This document shows, piece after piece, positions 11,161 to 19,203 of a stretch of 64,000 bases of DNA; the stretch's first letter is position 1, and every line of letters begins with the position of its first letter. The notes below the pieces were generated by a model. That model was given only the letters and a program-made list of their open reading frames with translations. It had not been told where the DNA came from and searched no databases. The translations under genes and the position numbers were made by a program. This DNA comes from Lachnospiraceae bacterium. GTDB taxonomy: Bacteria > Bacillota > Clostridia > Lachnospirales > Lachnospiraceae. Where the stretch lies: positions 23-64,022 of the forward strand of contig JAEEXG010000009.1 of assembly GCA_016291405.1 (NCBI GenBank), given 5' to 3'.

Positions 11161-11326
11161 GTGCAGGGCGTTTATGTATTGTTTTGAGACCCTCCTGAGC
11201 CTCGGCACTTAACGAGGCGGACTTAAGTCCGTCGAGTTTAGTGAGCAGGCTTCTTTATAGCCTGCGGCCGCTAGTGCGAAGGCCGAGCGAGAGCGTGTCG
11301 AAAAACAATATATAAATACCCTGCAC
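11161..11326. repeat. GC-rich hairpin-closed intergenic repeat, copy X1 (same family as 45896-46084 and 46880-47095)
   Basis: 30-nt terminal inverted arms (GTGCAGGGCGTTTATGTATTGTTTTGAGAC / GTCGAAAAACAATATATAAATACCCTGCAC) enclose a GC-rich core. The core contains several local hairpins (GCCTCG..CGAGGC, GGACTTAAGTCC, GCAGGCT..AGCCTGC). The GTTTTTCGRCACGCT.. end is shared with X2. Confidence 0.8.
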
Positions 11327-11374
11327 TTTATGATATAATTTCAAAAGTATGAAAAACATAAGGAGTGCATAGTC

Positions 11375-12547
11375 ATGGATAAGAAGGAAGAAGCTTTAAA
11401 GAAGCATGAAGAGTGGGCAGGAAAGATTGAGGTTGTGAATAGAGCAAGCGTGTCGACGAAGGAAGAACTTGCGGTTGCTTATACACCCGGTGTTGCGGAA
11501 CCTTGCCTTAAAATACAGAAGGATGTGGATTTGTCTTATAAGTATACAAGAAGACATAATTTGGTAGCCGTTATTACGGATGGTACCGCGGTGCTTGGCC
11601 TTGGTGATATAGGACCCGAAGCAGGAATGCCCGTTATGGAAGGAAAATGTGCTTTGTTTAAGGCTTTTGGTGGAGTCGATGCTTTCCCTTTGTGCATAAG
11701 ATCAAAGGATGTGGATGAAATCGTTAACACCGTTAAACTCTTAGCAGGTTCTTTTGGCGGAGTAAACCTTGAAGATATTTCAGCTCCCAGATGCTTTGAA
11801 ATAGAAAGAAGACTTAAGAAGGAATGCGATATTCCTATTTTCCATGATGACCAGCACGGTACAGCAGTTGTTGTGCTTGCTGCCATGATGAATGCACTTA
11901 AAATAGTAAATAAAGATATTAAGAAGATTAAAGTTGTAACTTCCGGCGCAGGTGCCGCAGGAATTGCAATCATTAAGCTTTTAGTCAGCATGGGCCTTGA
12001 AAACGTAATCATGTGCGATAGAAAAGGCGCCATCTACGAAGGAAGAGAAGACCTTAATGCCGAGAAGGTTGAAATGGCTAAGATTACAAATAAGGCCAAA
12101 GAAAAAGGTACACTTGCAGAGGTAATTAAAGGAGCCGACGTATTTATCGGAGTTTCAGCTCCGGGAACCGTTACAAAGGAAATGGTTGCAAGCATGGCTA
12201 AAGATCCCATTCTTTTCCCTATGGCAAATCCCGTTCCGGAAATCTTCCCCGACGAAGCAATCGCAGCAGGTGCAAAGGTTGTAGGTACAGGAAGAAGCGA
12301 CTATCCTAACCAGATTAATAACGTCCTTGCTTTCCCCGGAATCTTCAGAGGTGCTTTGGATGTAAGAGCTAAAGATATTAATGATGAAATGAAAGTTGCC
12401 GCCGCAAAGGCCATTGCTTCTTTGGTTTCAGATGAAGAATTATCTCCCGAGTACATCATCCCCAATGCCTTTGATGAAAGAGTCGGAAAGACTGTTTCTG
12501 AAGCAGTTAAAGAAGCTGCAATAAAGACAGGCGTAAACAGAATCTAA
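11375..12547 (+). CDS. NAD(P)-dependent malic enzyme (short bacterial type)
   Basis: YTPGVA, GTAVLGLGDIGP, FHDDQHGTA and GAGAAG Rossmann motifs; 390 aa; AAGGAG RBS. Confidence 0.9.
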   Translation: MDKKEEALKKHEEWAGKIEVVNRASVSTKEELAVAYTPGVAEPCLKIQKDVDLSYKYTRRHNLVAVITDGTAVLGLGDIGPEAGMPVMEGKCALFKAFGGVDAFPLCIRSKDVDEIVNTVKLLAGSFGGVNLEDISAPRCFEIERRLKKECDIPIFHDDQHGTAVVVLAAMMNALKIVNKDIKKIKVVTSGAGAAGIAIIKLLVSMGLENVIMCDRKGAIYEGREDLNAEKVEMAKITNKAKEKGTLAEVIKGADVFIGVSAPGTVTKEMVASMAKDPILFPMANPVPEIFPDEAIAAGAKVVGTGRSDYPNQINNVLAFPGIFRGALDVRAKDINDEMKVAAAKAIASLVSDEELSPEYIIPNAFDERVGKTVSEAVKEAAIKTGVNRI

Positions 12548-12572
12548 TAATATATATAGTTTGATGCGATTT

Positions 12573-12606
12573 AAATCCGGTCCTTTGTGACCGGATTTTT
12601 TCTTTG
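12573..12606 (+). terminator. Rho-independent terminator
   Basis: Stem AAATCCGGTC / GACCGGATTT followed by a T-run. Confidence 0.85.
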
Positions 12607-12682
12607 TCAATAATTTGCTTATTAATCTAAGATTAATCGTCCCGGTGTATCGTTTAGTAAGAAGTAAAAAGGAGATAAAACT

Positions 12683-14137
12683 ATGCTTAATGATTTACCC
12701 GTTGATATTGATGTGATTGATGAGCTTAACATTAGTTGCTTAGATCCTGTACTTAAGAACTATGCCTTTAGTTCTTTCTTTTTAACGCGTCTTTTGGATA
12801 AGACGATGAAAGAGAATAATGAATTAAAGAAAGAAAACGCTAAGTACAAAGCGCAGCTTGAAGAATATGCACAGTTAAAGAAGTGCTTTGATGAACTTAA
12901 GAAGTCTCTTGATGAGATGGGCGGCATGCCTGACGATTCACCTGTTTTGGATATAGATATTCAAAAGGCTGAGGGCGAAACCGACACTCTTAAAGAAGAA
13001 GGTTTCATGGCTCAGAATAGAGATGATATGGAGGCTTTGTGCAAAGAAAACCTTTCTGATTCGGATGCACCGGATGCGGACTTGCTTCTTGATTCAGATG
13101 AACCTGTGCTTGATTCAGGGGACATTTCTTTATCCGATGAAATAAGCGCCGATTTGGATGTGACTGAGGATGGCGAAGCAAGCGCTGATGCGGATATTTT
13201 GGCATCCCTTGGAGAAGATGTTCAGATAGATCCTTCCCTTTTGGAAGGAATCGATTCAGAGCCTATGAGCGATGACGAACTCTTAAAGACCTTGGGAGAA
13301 GTTACTTCCGAAGAAGAAATTGCTGATGTTAATGCTCTTTTAGAAAGTGTTGAAGGCCTTGCGGATTTGGAGTCTTCGGATGCTTTGACTGAGTCGGGAG
13401 ACACCTCAATCCTTGAAGGATTGGAAGATTTGGCAAACAGCGAAAACTTAGAAATAAATGAAACTAGCGATGAAGCTGCAATTTTAGAAGGACTTGAAGC
13501 TTTAGCAGAAGAAGCACCTGCAGAAGAAGCTGTAGCGGAAGCACCCGTGGAAGAAGCAGTTCCCGAAGTGGCAGAAGCTCCTGCAGAAGAAGCTGTAGCA
13601 GAAGCTCCGGTAGAAGAGGCTGTTCCTGAAGTGGCAGAAGTCCCCGCAGAGGAACCTGTAGCTGAGATTCCTGTAGAAGAGCCTGCGCCCGAAGCTGCAG
13701 CAGAGCCTACACCGGAGCCCGTAGCAGAGGCACCCGCTCCCGAAGCAGCGCCTGAACCTGCACAGGAACCTACGGCAGAAGCTCCTGCTGAAGAAAAGGC
13801 TCCTAAGAAAAAGGCAGCGGCTAAGAAGGAAGAAGCTCCCGCGGCTGAAGCTACTCCTGAGCCTACTCCCGAACCCGTAGCAGAAACCCCTGTAGCAGAA
13901 GAGCCTGCTCCCGAGGTGGCTGCAGAGCCTGCACCCGAACCCGTAGCAGAAGCACCCGCACCTGCTCCTGCGCCCGAGTCCGTAGCTGAAGCACCGGCAC
14001 CGGAACCTGCACCTGCAGCAGAAGCACCTGCTCCCGAACCTGCACCTGCTCCTGCGCCCGCGGCTAACATTCCTACTGATCCCAATGCAAAGCTTACACC
14101 GGATCAGATAGCGGCACTATTTGCAAACGCTAATTGA
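12683..14137 (+). CDS. Acidic, Pro/Ala/Glu-rich repeat protein with N-terminal coiled-coil segment, function unknown
   Basis: AAGGAG RBS. The N-terminal ~90 aa are globular/coiled-coil. The rest is low-complexity (D/E-rich, then PEAP/APEP-type repeats). Confidence 0.6.
   Translation: MLNDLPVDIDVIDELNISCLDPVLKNYAFSSFFLTRLLDKTMKENNELKKENAKYKAQLEEYAQLKKCFDELKKSLDEMGGMPDDSPVLDIDIQKAEGETDTLKEEGFMAQNRDDMEALCKENLSDSDAPDADLLLDSDEPVLDSGDISLSDEISADLDVTEDGEASADADILASLGEDVQIDPSLLEGIDSEPMSDDELLKTLGEVTSEEEIADVNALLESVEGLADLESSDALTESGDTSILEGLEDLANSENLEINETSDEAAILEGLEALAEEAPAEEAVAEAPVEEAVPEVAEAPAEEAVAEAPVEEAVPEVAEVPAEEPVAEIPVEEPAPEAAAEPTPEPVAEAPAPEAAPEPAQEPTAEAPAEEKAPKKKAAAKKEEAPAAEATPEPTPEPVAETPVAEEPAPEVAAEPAPEPVAEAPAPAPAPESVAEAPAPEPAPAAEAPAPEPAPAPAPAANIPTDPNAKLTPDQIAALFANAN
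13514..13639 (+). repeat. In-frame 63-nt tandem repeat (two full units, a degenerate third to ~13702)
   Basis: Units 13514-13576 and 13577-13639 both encode APAEEAVAEAPVEEAVPEVAE. Confidence 0.85.
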
Positions 14138-14193
14138 TTAGTTTCTAGGAAACTGATTTTAAAGGGAAATAAACAATTCTTGGAGGAAAAGTT

Positions 14194-16206
14194 ATGGCTA
14201 AGAAATCAACGAATGATAATGGAATATCATTCAAAGACAGCATTAAAACCAAACTTATTGCAGTGATGGTTGCAGTAACGGCGATACCACTTTTGGTGGC
14301 TATAATCGTAAGCTATGTAACCAGCACCAACAAGGCCTTGAAAGATGCCCAGGCTACACTTGAGTGGCAGGCTATGTATGTTGAAAACAAATTTGTAAGC
14401 GTTGTTGATACAAACATGAATATCATCAAGTCCCTTGGCACAAATCCTACTATAGTTAATTACGTAAAAGGTGAAGGCGGTATTCCCTATGATGCAATTC
14501 AGAATACTCTTCACAATGTTGACTTAGTTATGGGAGATGGCGAAAACACATCTATTACAGATACAACCGGCCAGCAGATTGCAAGAGGAACCGGTGATTT
14601 TGTAAACGTTGCGGACAGAGAGTATTTCCAACATGCGATTAAAGGAGAAAGCTACGTTTCAAATATTCTTGTAAGCAAAACAACAGGACGAAGAATGGTT
14701 ACTCTTTCAACACCCGTTAAGGATGGAGATAAGATAATCGGTATCGTTCACAGAAACTATGATATGAACAACTTCCATGAAATGCTTGCAAAAGAAGCGG
14801 ATAACGCTTTCCTGGTTGCAAGAGACGGTACTGTGGCAGCCCATTCATCATATGAAATCGGTGGAGAAGGCGGTCACGAGGAAGAAGTAAGAGACAAGGC
14901 TCAGTTCTTTACATCAGGTAAAGAGCAGGGATTTTATTTGGGAGACCCCGGCGATGGCACAAAATCATATGTTTCCTATGTTAAAGAACCAAACTCGGGA
15001 TTCATTGTTGTTACAGTAACTGATGAACAGTCCGTTAAAGGCGATGCTCAGAAATCCGCAATGCTTGTTATTACGGTAGGAATAGTTCTTTTGGTTATTG
15101 CGATTGTAATCTCAGTATTGATGGCTAAGAGCTTTATCGATCCCATTAAGGGTGTCGGAGATTCTCTTGGCGAACTTGCAGACGGTAGATTTGCCCCTGT
15201 TGAAGGCTTTGATAAGAGAAAAGATGAATTCGGTGAAATATCAAGAGCCACAAATTCGGTTATCCTTAAACTTGATAAGATAGTTTCAAATATAAAGATT
15301 TCGGCAAGTGAAGTTGGAAATTCTTCCGATGAATTGTCCGATATGGCAACGCAGATTTCGCAGACTGCAGAAGATGTATCCAATGCAGTTCAGGAAATCG
15401 CATCCGGAGCTACGCAGCAGGCTGAAGAAATTCAGGATGCCAACGAAAATGTTACAAAGATCGGTGAAGCTGTTTCTGATGTACAGAAGTCATCTGTTGA
15501 CCTTACAGAACTTGCAAGAAAGATGAAGAAGGCATCCGAAGTATCAAGCAATTCACTTAATGCTTTGAAGAATTCATCAACCGAAATGACAGGTAAGATT
15601 GATGAAATATCAAGAACTATTCAGGCAACGGAAGAAGCCGTTAACAACATAAACGAAAAGGTTGAAGGCATTACTTCAATCGCATCCCAGACAAACCTTC
15701 TTTCACTTAACGCTTCAATCGAAGCTGCAAGAGCGGGAGAAATGGGTAAGGGATTCGCAGTTGTTGCTGAAGAAATCGGTAAGCTTGCGGATGATTCCGG
15801 AAGAATGGCAGATGAAATCAGAGTTGAAATGGAGAAACTTCTTAACCAAAGTAGAGAAGCCGTTCAGGCAGCCAAGGACGTTAAAGAAGGAAACAACTCT
15901 CAGCAGATTGCTCTTGATGAAACCTTGGAAGCAGTTGACGGTATGCTTGAAGACATCAACACAACCGTTGATGGCGTTGGCTCTATTTCAGAAGGTGCCA
16001 CAACCTGTGATACCTCCAAGAATTCGCTTATAGACGCCATGAGCGCACTTTCCGCTATATCAGAAGAAAATGCGGCATCATCCGAAGAAACCGGAGCATC
16101 CATGGAAGAACTTTCCGCAACAGTTACAACTCTTGCAGGAGCCGCTTCAGACTTAAAGGATATTGCGGATAAGCTAAACGAAGATATGCAGTTCTTTAAA
16201 TCATAA
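14194..16206 (+). CDS. Methyl-accepting chemotaxis protein (Cache-type sensor, HAMP, MA domain)
   Basis: Two TM segments flank a ~270-aa extracellular domain. The conserved signalling hairpin tip is present ([37 protein letters not shown]). Confidence 0.9.
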   Translation: MAKKSTNDNGISFKDSIKTKLIAVMVAVTAIPLLVAIIVSYVTSTNKALKDAQATLEWQAMYVENKFVSVVDTNMNIIKSLGTNPTIVNYVKGEGGIPYDAIQNTLHNVDLVMGDGENTSITDTTGQQIARGTGDFVNVADREYFQHAIKGESYVSNILVSKTTGRRMVTLSTPVKDGDKIIGIVHRNYDMNNFHEMLAKEADNAFLVARDGTVAAHSSYEIGGEGGHEEEVRDKAQFFTSGKEQGFYLGDPGDGTKSYVSYVKEPNSGFIVVTVTDEQSVKGDAQKSAMLVITVGIVLLVIAIVISVLMAKSFIDPIKGVGDSLGELADGRFAPVEGFDKRKDEFGEISRATNSVILKLDKIVSNIKISASEVGNSSDELSDMATQISQTAEDVSNAVQEIASGATQQAEEIQDANENVTKIGEAVSDVQKSSVDLTELARKMKKASEVSSNSLNALKNSSTEMTGKIDEISRTIQATEEAVNNINEKVEGITSIASQTNLLSLNASIEAARAGEMGKGFAVVAEEIGKLADDSGRMADEIRVEMEKLLNQSREAVQAAKDVKEGNNSQQIALDETLEAVDGMLEDINTTVDGVGSISEGATTCDTSKNSLIDAMSALSAISEENAASSEETGASMEELSATVTTLAGAASDLKDIADKLNEDMQFFKS

Positions 16207-16216
16207 GATTCTAAAA

Positions 16217-16246
16217 CAGCCGACCAAACGGTCGGCTGTCTTTTTA
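16217..16246. terminator. Bidirectional terminator between convergent genes
   Basis: Stem CAGCCGACC / GGTCGGCTG with an AAAC loop, an A-run before and a T-run after. Confidence 0.8.
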
Positions 16247-16254
16247 TTGCTTTT

Positions 16255-17667
16255 TTATTCTTTTCCGTTCCAGCAGTATGTGCAAAGCTTGCAGTGGTCG
16301 ATTCCAACAGCATCAAGCATATCATCAAGTCTGTTAAATGCTAAGGAAGTAAAGTTAAGTTCTTTTCTTATTTCTTCAACCATTACAGCGTACTTTTCAG
16401 AATCGGGATCTGCGTATTCATCAAGGACTTCCTGAGATACGTTTTCTGTGCCTTCAAGTCTTGCAATTACTCTTCTTGTGATTAAATCCATTTCAGATGA
16501 AGAACGGGAGAAGTTTAAGTACTTACAACCGTAAAGTAAAGGCGGGCAAGCAGGGCGGATGTGCACTTCCTTTGCTCCGCAGTCATACAAGAATTCGGTT
16601 GTTTCTCGTAGCTGTGTGCCTCTTACAATTGAATCGTCTATTAAAAGAAGCTTCTTATCGCGAATCAAATCCTCAACCGCAAGTAACTTCATCTTTGCAA
16701 TCAGGTTTCTTTGTGACTGCATTGTAGGCATGAAAGAACGGGGCCAGGTAGGTGTGTATTTAATGAAGGGACGAGAGAAGGGAACACCTGATTCGTTGGC
16801 GTAACCTATGGCGTGAGCAAGTCCCGAATCGGGAACGCCTGCCACAACGTCAGGCTTTACATTGTCTCTCTTTGCCATCTTTTCACCGCAGATATAACGC
16901 ATTCTTTCAACACTTATTCCTTCATATGAGCTTGAAGGGTATCCGTAGTAAATCCAAAGGAAGGTACAAATCTTCATTTCCTTTCCGGGATTTACGAGGG
17001 TCTGACACTTATCGGGGGTGATAACGGTGATTTCACCGGGGCCAAGCTCCTTATAGTCGTGATATCCTAAGTTTTTATAAGCAAAGTTTTCAAATGATGC
17101 ACAAAAAGCACCTTCTTTTTGACCTATAACAATAGGGGTTCGCCCGTATCTGTCTCTTGCACAGTAAATTCCCTTATCATTCATTAAAAGTAAGGACAAA
17201 GAACCGTCAATTGCTTCAAGGGCGTATTTAATACCTTCAATAAGGTTTTCTTTTTCATTAATGAGAGTTGCCACAAGTTCGGTAGCATTAATGTCTCCGC
17301 CGCTCATTTCCAAAAAGTGGGAATGACCGTTTTTAAAGATCTCGTCAACGAGCTCTTCTGTATTATTTATTTTTGAAACTGTTGTGAGAGTGTAAGTACC
17401 GTGATGAGAACGCACCAAAAGAGGCTGGGGTTCAAAGTCTGATATACATCCGATGCCGAAAGAACCGTGCATCTGTTGAACTTCTTTATCGAATTTAGTT
17501 CTGAAAGGAGAGTTTTCGATGCTGTGAATCGCACGATTGAATCCTTTCTCTTTGCTGTAAACACACATGCCTCCGCGACGTGTGCCAAGATGTGAGTGAT
17601 AATCCACACCGAAAAACAAATCAAAAACGCAGTCGTCTTTCGACGCAACACCAAAAAATCCGCCCAT
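16255..17667 (-). CDS. Amidophosphoribosyltransferase-like protein (PurF family, lacks the N-terminal catalytic Cys)
   Basis: AAGGAGA RBS and the PRPP loop LLLIDDSIVRGTQ. The architecture is class-II amidotransferase plus PRTase, with a C-terminal Cys cluster. The N-terminus reads MGGFFGV, where PurF has M-C-G. Confidence 0.7.
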   Translation of the reverse strand: MGGFFGVASKDDCVFDLFFGVDYHSHLGTRRGGMCVYSKEKGFNRAIHSIENSPFRTKFDKEVQQMHGSFGIGCISDFEPQPLLVRSHHGTYTLTTVSKINNTEELVDEIFKNGHSHFLEMSGGDINATELVATLINEKENLIEGIKYALEAIDGSLSLLLMNDKGIYCARDRYGRTPIVIGQKEGAFCASFENFAYKNLGYHDYKELGPGEITVITPDKCQTLVNPGKEMKICTFLWIYYGYPSSSYEGISVERMRYICGEKMAKRDNVKPDVVAGVPDSGLAHAIGYANESGVPFSRPFIKYTPTWPRSFMPTMQSQRNLIAKMKLLAVEDLIRDKKLLLIDDSIVRGTQLRETTEFLYDCGAKEVHIRPACPPLLYGCKYLNFSRSSSEMDLITRRVIARLEGTENVSQEVLDEYADPDSEKYAVMVEEIRKELNFTSLAFNRLDDMLDAVGIDHCKLCTYCWNGKE

Positions 17668-17829
17668 GACGTTCTCCTTATGAAAACTTTTTTCAAATTA
17701 CCCTTAAAAAATAGCATACATTTTTTTACCCGTCTATGGGATTTTTTTAATCCGTTTCGATTTGTTAAGAATTATGAAAATTTGGATTCTTTGGTGTAAT
17801 TTAATGTTATATATGCTAAAATCAAAGCT

Positions 17830-18885
17830 ATGAAAAATAAGCTTAAACCCATTTTTAAAACTATAATTTGTCTTTCAATCCTGTTTCTTTTTACAGGCTG
17901 TGGTAAAAAAGGCAGGCCCTACGAAGACGCCGGATACGCATTTTTGGAAAACGGCCAGTCGGAAGAAGCCTTAGAAAGCTTTCAGAAGTCATTGGCTGAA
18001 GAAAAAGAAACCAAAGAGTCTTTAAGAGGCATCGGAATAGCCTACCTTTCTTTGGGAAGATACGAAGAAGCGATAGATTCTTTTGTTAAAGCCTTAAATA
18101 AATCAAACGGAAGCATCAAAGACGTTGATTTTGACATAAACAGTTATCTTGGATACGCCTATGAAAAGGCAGAAAAGTATGAAGAAGCGGTGAATGTTTA
18201 TACGGCGGTTTTAGACTTTAAGCCAAAGGACATAGATTCTTACTATAGAAGAGCAATCTGTTATTTAAAGCTTGGAGAAACCACTCTTGCTGATGAAGAC
18301 TTTGCAATCGCAACTTCCAAAAACAACGATGATTACGACCTTCATATAAGAATTTATTTTTCAATTAAAGAAGCGGGCTTTGAAAAAGAAGCCGATGCTT
18401 ATTTAACAAGTCTACTTAATGATTCAAAAAGAAAGATATCGGATTACGACAGAGGAAGAATCTGTTACTACTTAAAGGATTATTCAAATGCAAGGGTGTA
18501 TCTTGAAAAGGCAAAAGACCCCTCAAATCCCGATACCATACTAATGCTTGGAAAGACCTATGAAGCTACGGGAGATAACACCTATGCAGCTTCTTTGTAC
18601 GCAAACTATTTAGACCAAAAGGGAAACAACGCGGCTGTATACAATCAGCTTGGAGTTTGCAGATTTAAGCTTGAAGATTATGAAGGGGCTTTGGCAGCTT
18701 TTTCTTTCGGATTAAAACTTGAAGATCCCGAATGGATGAGAGAGTTATCTTACAACGAAGCGGTTACCTATGAATACATGGGAGATTTTCAGACTGCGAA
18801 AGAAAAGATGGAAGAGTATTTAAAGACCTATCCTAAAGACGAAAACGCAAATCACGAGCTTTTATTCTTACAGACAAGACAATAA
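17830..18885 (+). CDS. TPR-repeat lipoprotein
   Basis: Lipobox LFLFTG-C and multiple 34-aa TPR-like repeats (..A...Y..AL...P). Confidence 0.7.
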   Translation: MKNKLKPIFKTIICLSILFLFTGCGKKGRPYEDAGYAFLENGQSEEALESFQKSLAEEKETKESLRGIGIAYLSLGRYEEAIDSFVKALNKSNGSIKDVDFDINSYLGYAYEKAEKYEEAVNVYTAVLDFKPKDIDSYYRRAICYLKLGETTLADEDFAIATSKNNDDYDLHIRIYFSIKEAGFEKEADAYLTSLLNDSKRKISDYDRGRICYYLKDYSNARVYLEKAKDPSNPDTILMLGKTYEATGDNTYAASLYANYLDQKGNNAAVYNQLGVCRFKLEDYEGALAAFSFGLKLEDPEWMRELSYNEAVTYEYMGDFQTAKEKMEEYLKTYPKDENANHELLFLQTRQ

Positions 18886-18910
18886 ATTACTCTGACAATA
18901 GTGTGAAGTG

Positions 18911-18950
18911 TGCGCCACAAAACAAGATTTTGTGGCGCAATTGCTTTTTT
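18911..18950 (+). terminator. Rho-independent terminator
   Basis: Stem GCGCCACAAAA / TTTTGTGGCGC, then AATTGCTTTTTT. Confidence 0.75.
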
Positions 18951-19071
18951 ATACAAAATCTTGTATAAAAATTTGTTAATAATTTAAAAAATCTTTAAAA
19001 AAATAATTGACCGCGACACTCAAAAGCCCGTATTTAAGCCAAAAACCGAGGTTTTTTGACAAAAATGAAAA

Positions 19072-19119
19072 ACACAATATATGGCGTGAAACCGCTTTCT
19101 TTCGCCCAATATATGGTGT
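19072..19119 (+). promoter_or_regulatory. Two NrdR boxes upstream of nrdD
   Basis: ACACAATATATGGCGT (19072-19087) and GCCCAATATATGGTGT (19104-19119). Both match the 16-nt NrdR-box pattern acaCwAtATaTwGtgt. Centres are 32 nt apart, which is the usual tandem spacing. Confidence 0.75.
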
Positions 19120-19203
19120 TTTTTTAATTGACTTTTAATAACCCCTTTGCTACACTTTTTTCTAGAGGCAACACTCAAATAATCGGGAGGAGAGTACCAC
19201 CAA

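Noticed and set aside
11536-12033. Long antisense ORFs inside well-supported genes (for example 11536-12033, 15900-16328, 52972-53472, 31519-31890).
   Set aside because: They are fully embedded opposite genes with strong family motifs. They lack RBSs and have low-complexity or hydrophobic translations typical of antisense frames.
13222-14085. 287-aa minus-strand ORF (Gly/Ala/Ser-rich) antisense to the acidic repeat protein.
   Set aside because: It is the mirror image of the GC-rich GAA/GCA/CCT codon repeats of the plus-strand gene. It has no RBS and is pure low complexity. The plus-strand ORF has an AAGGAG RBS and a structured N-terminus.
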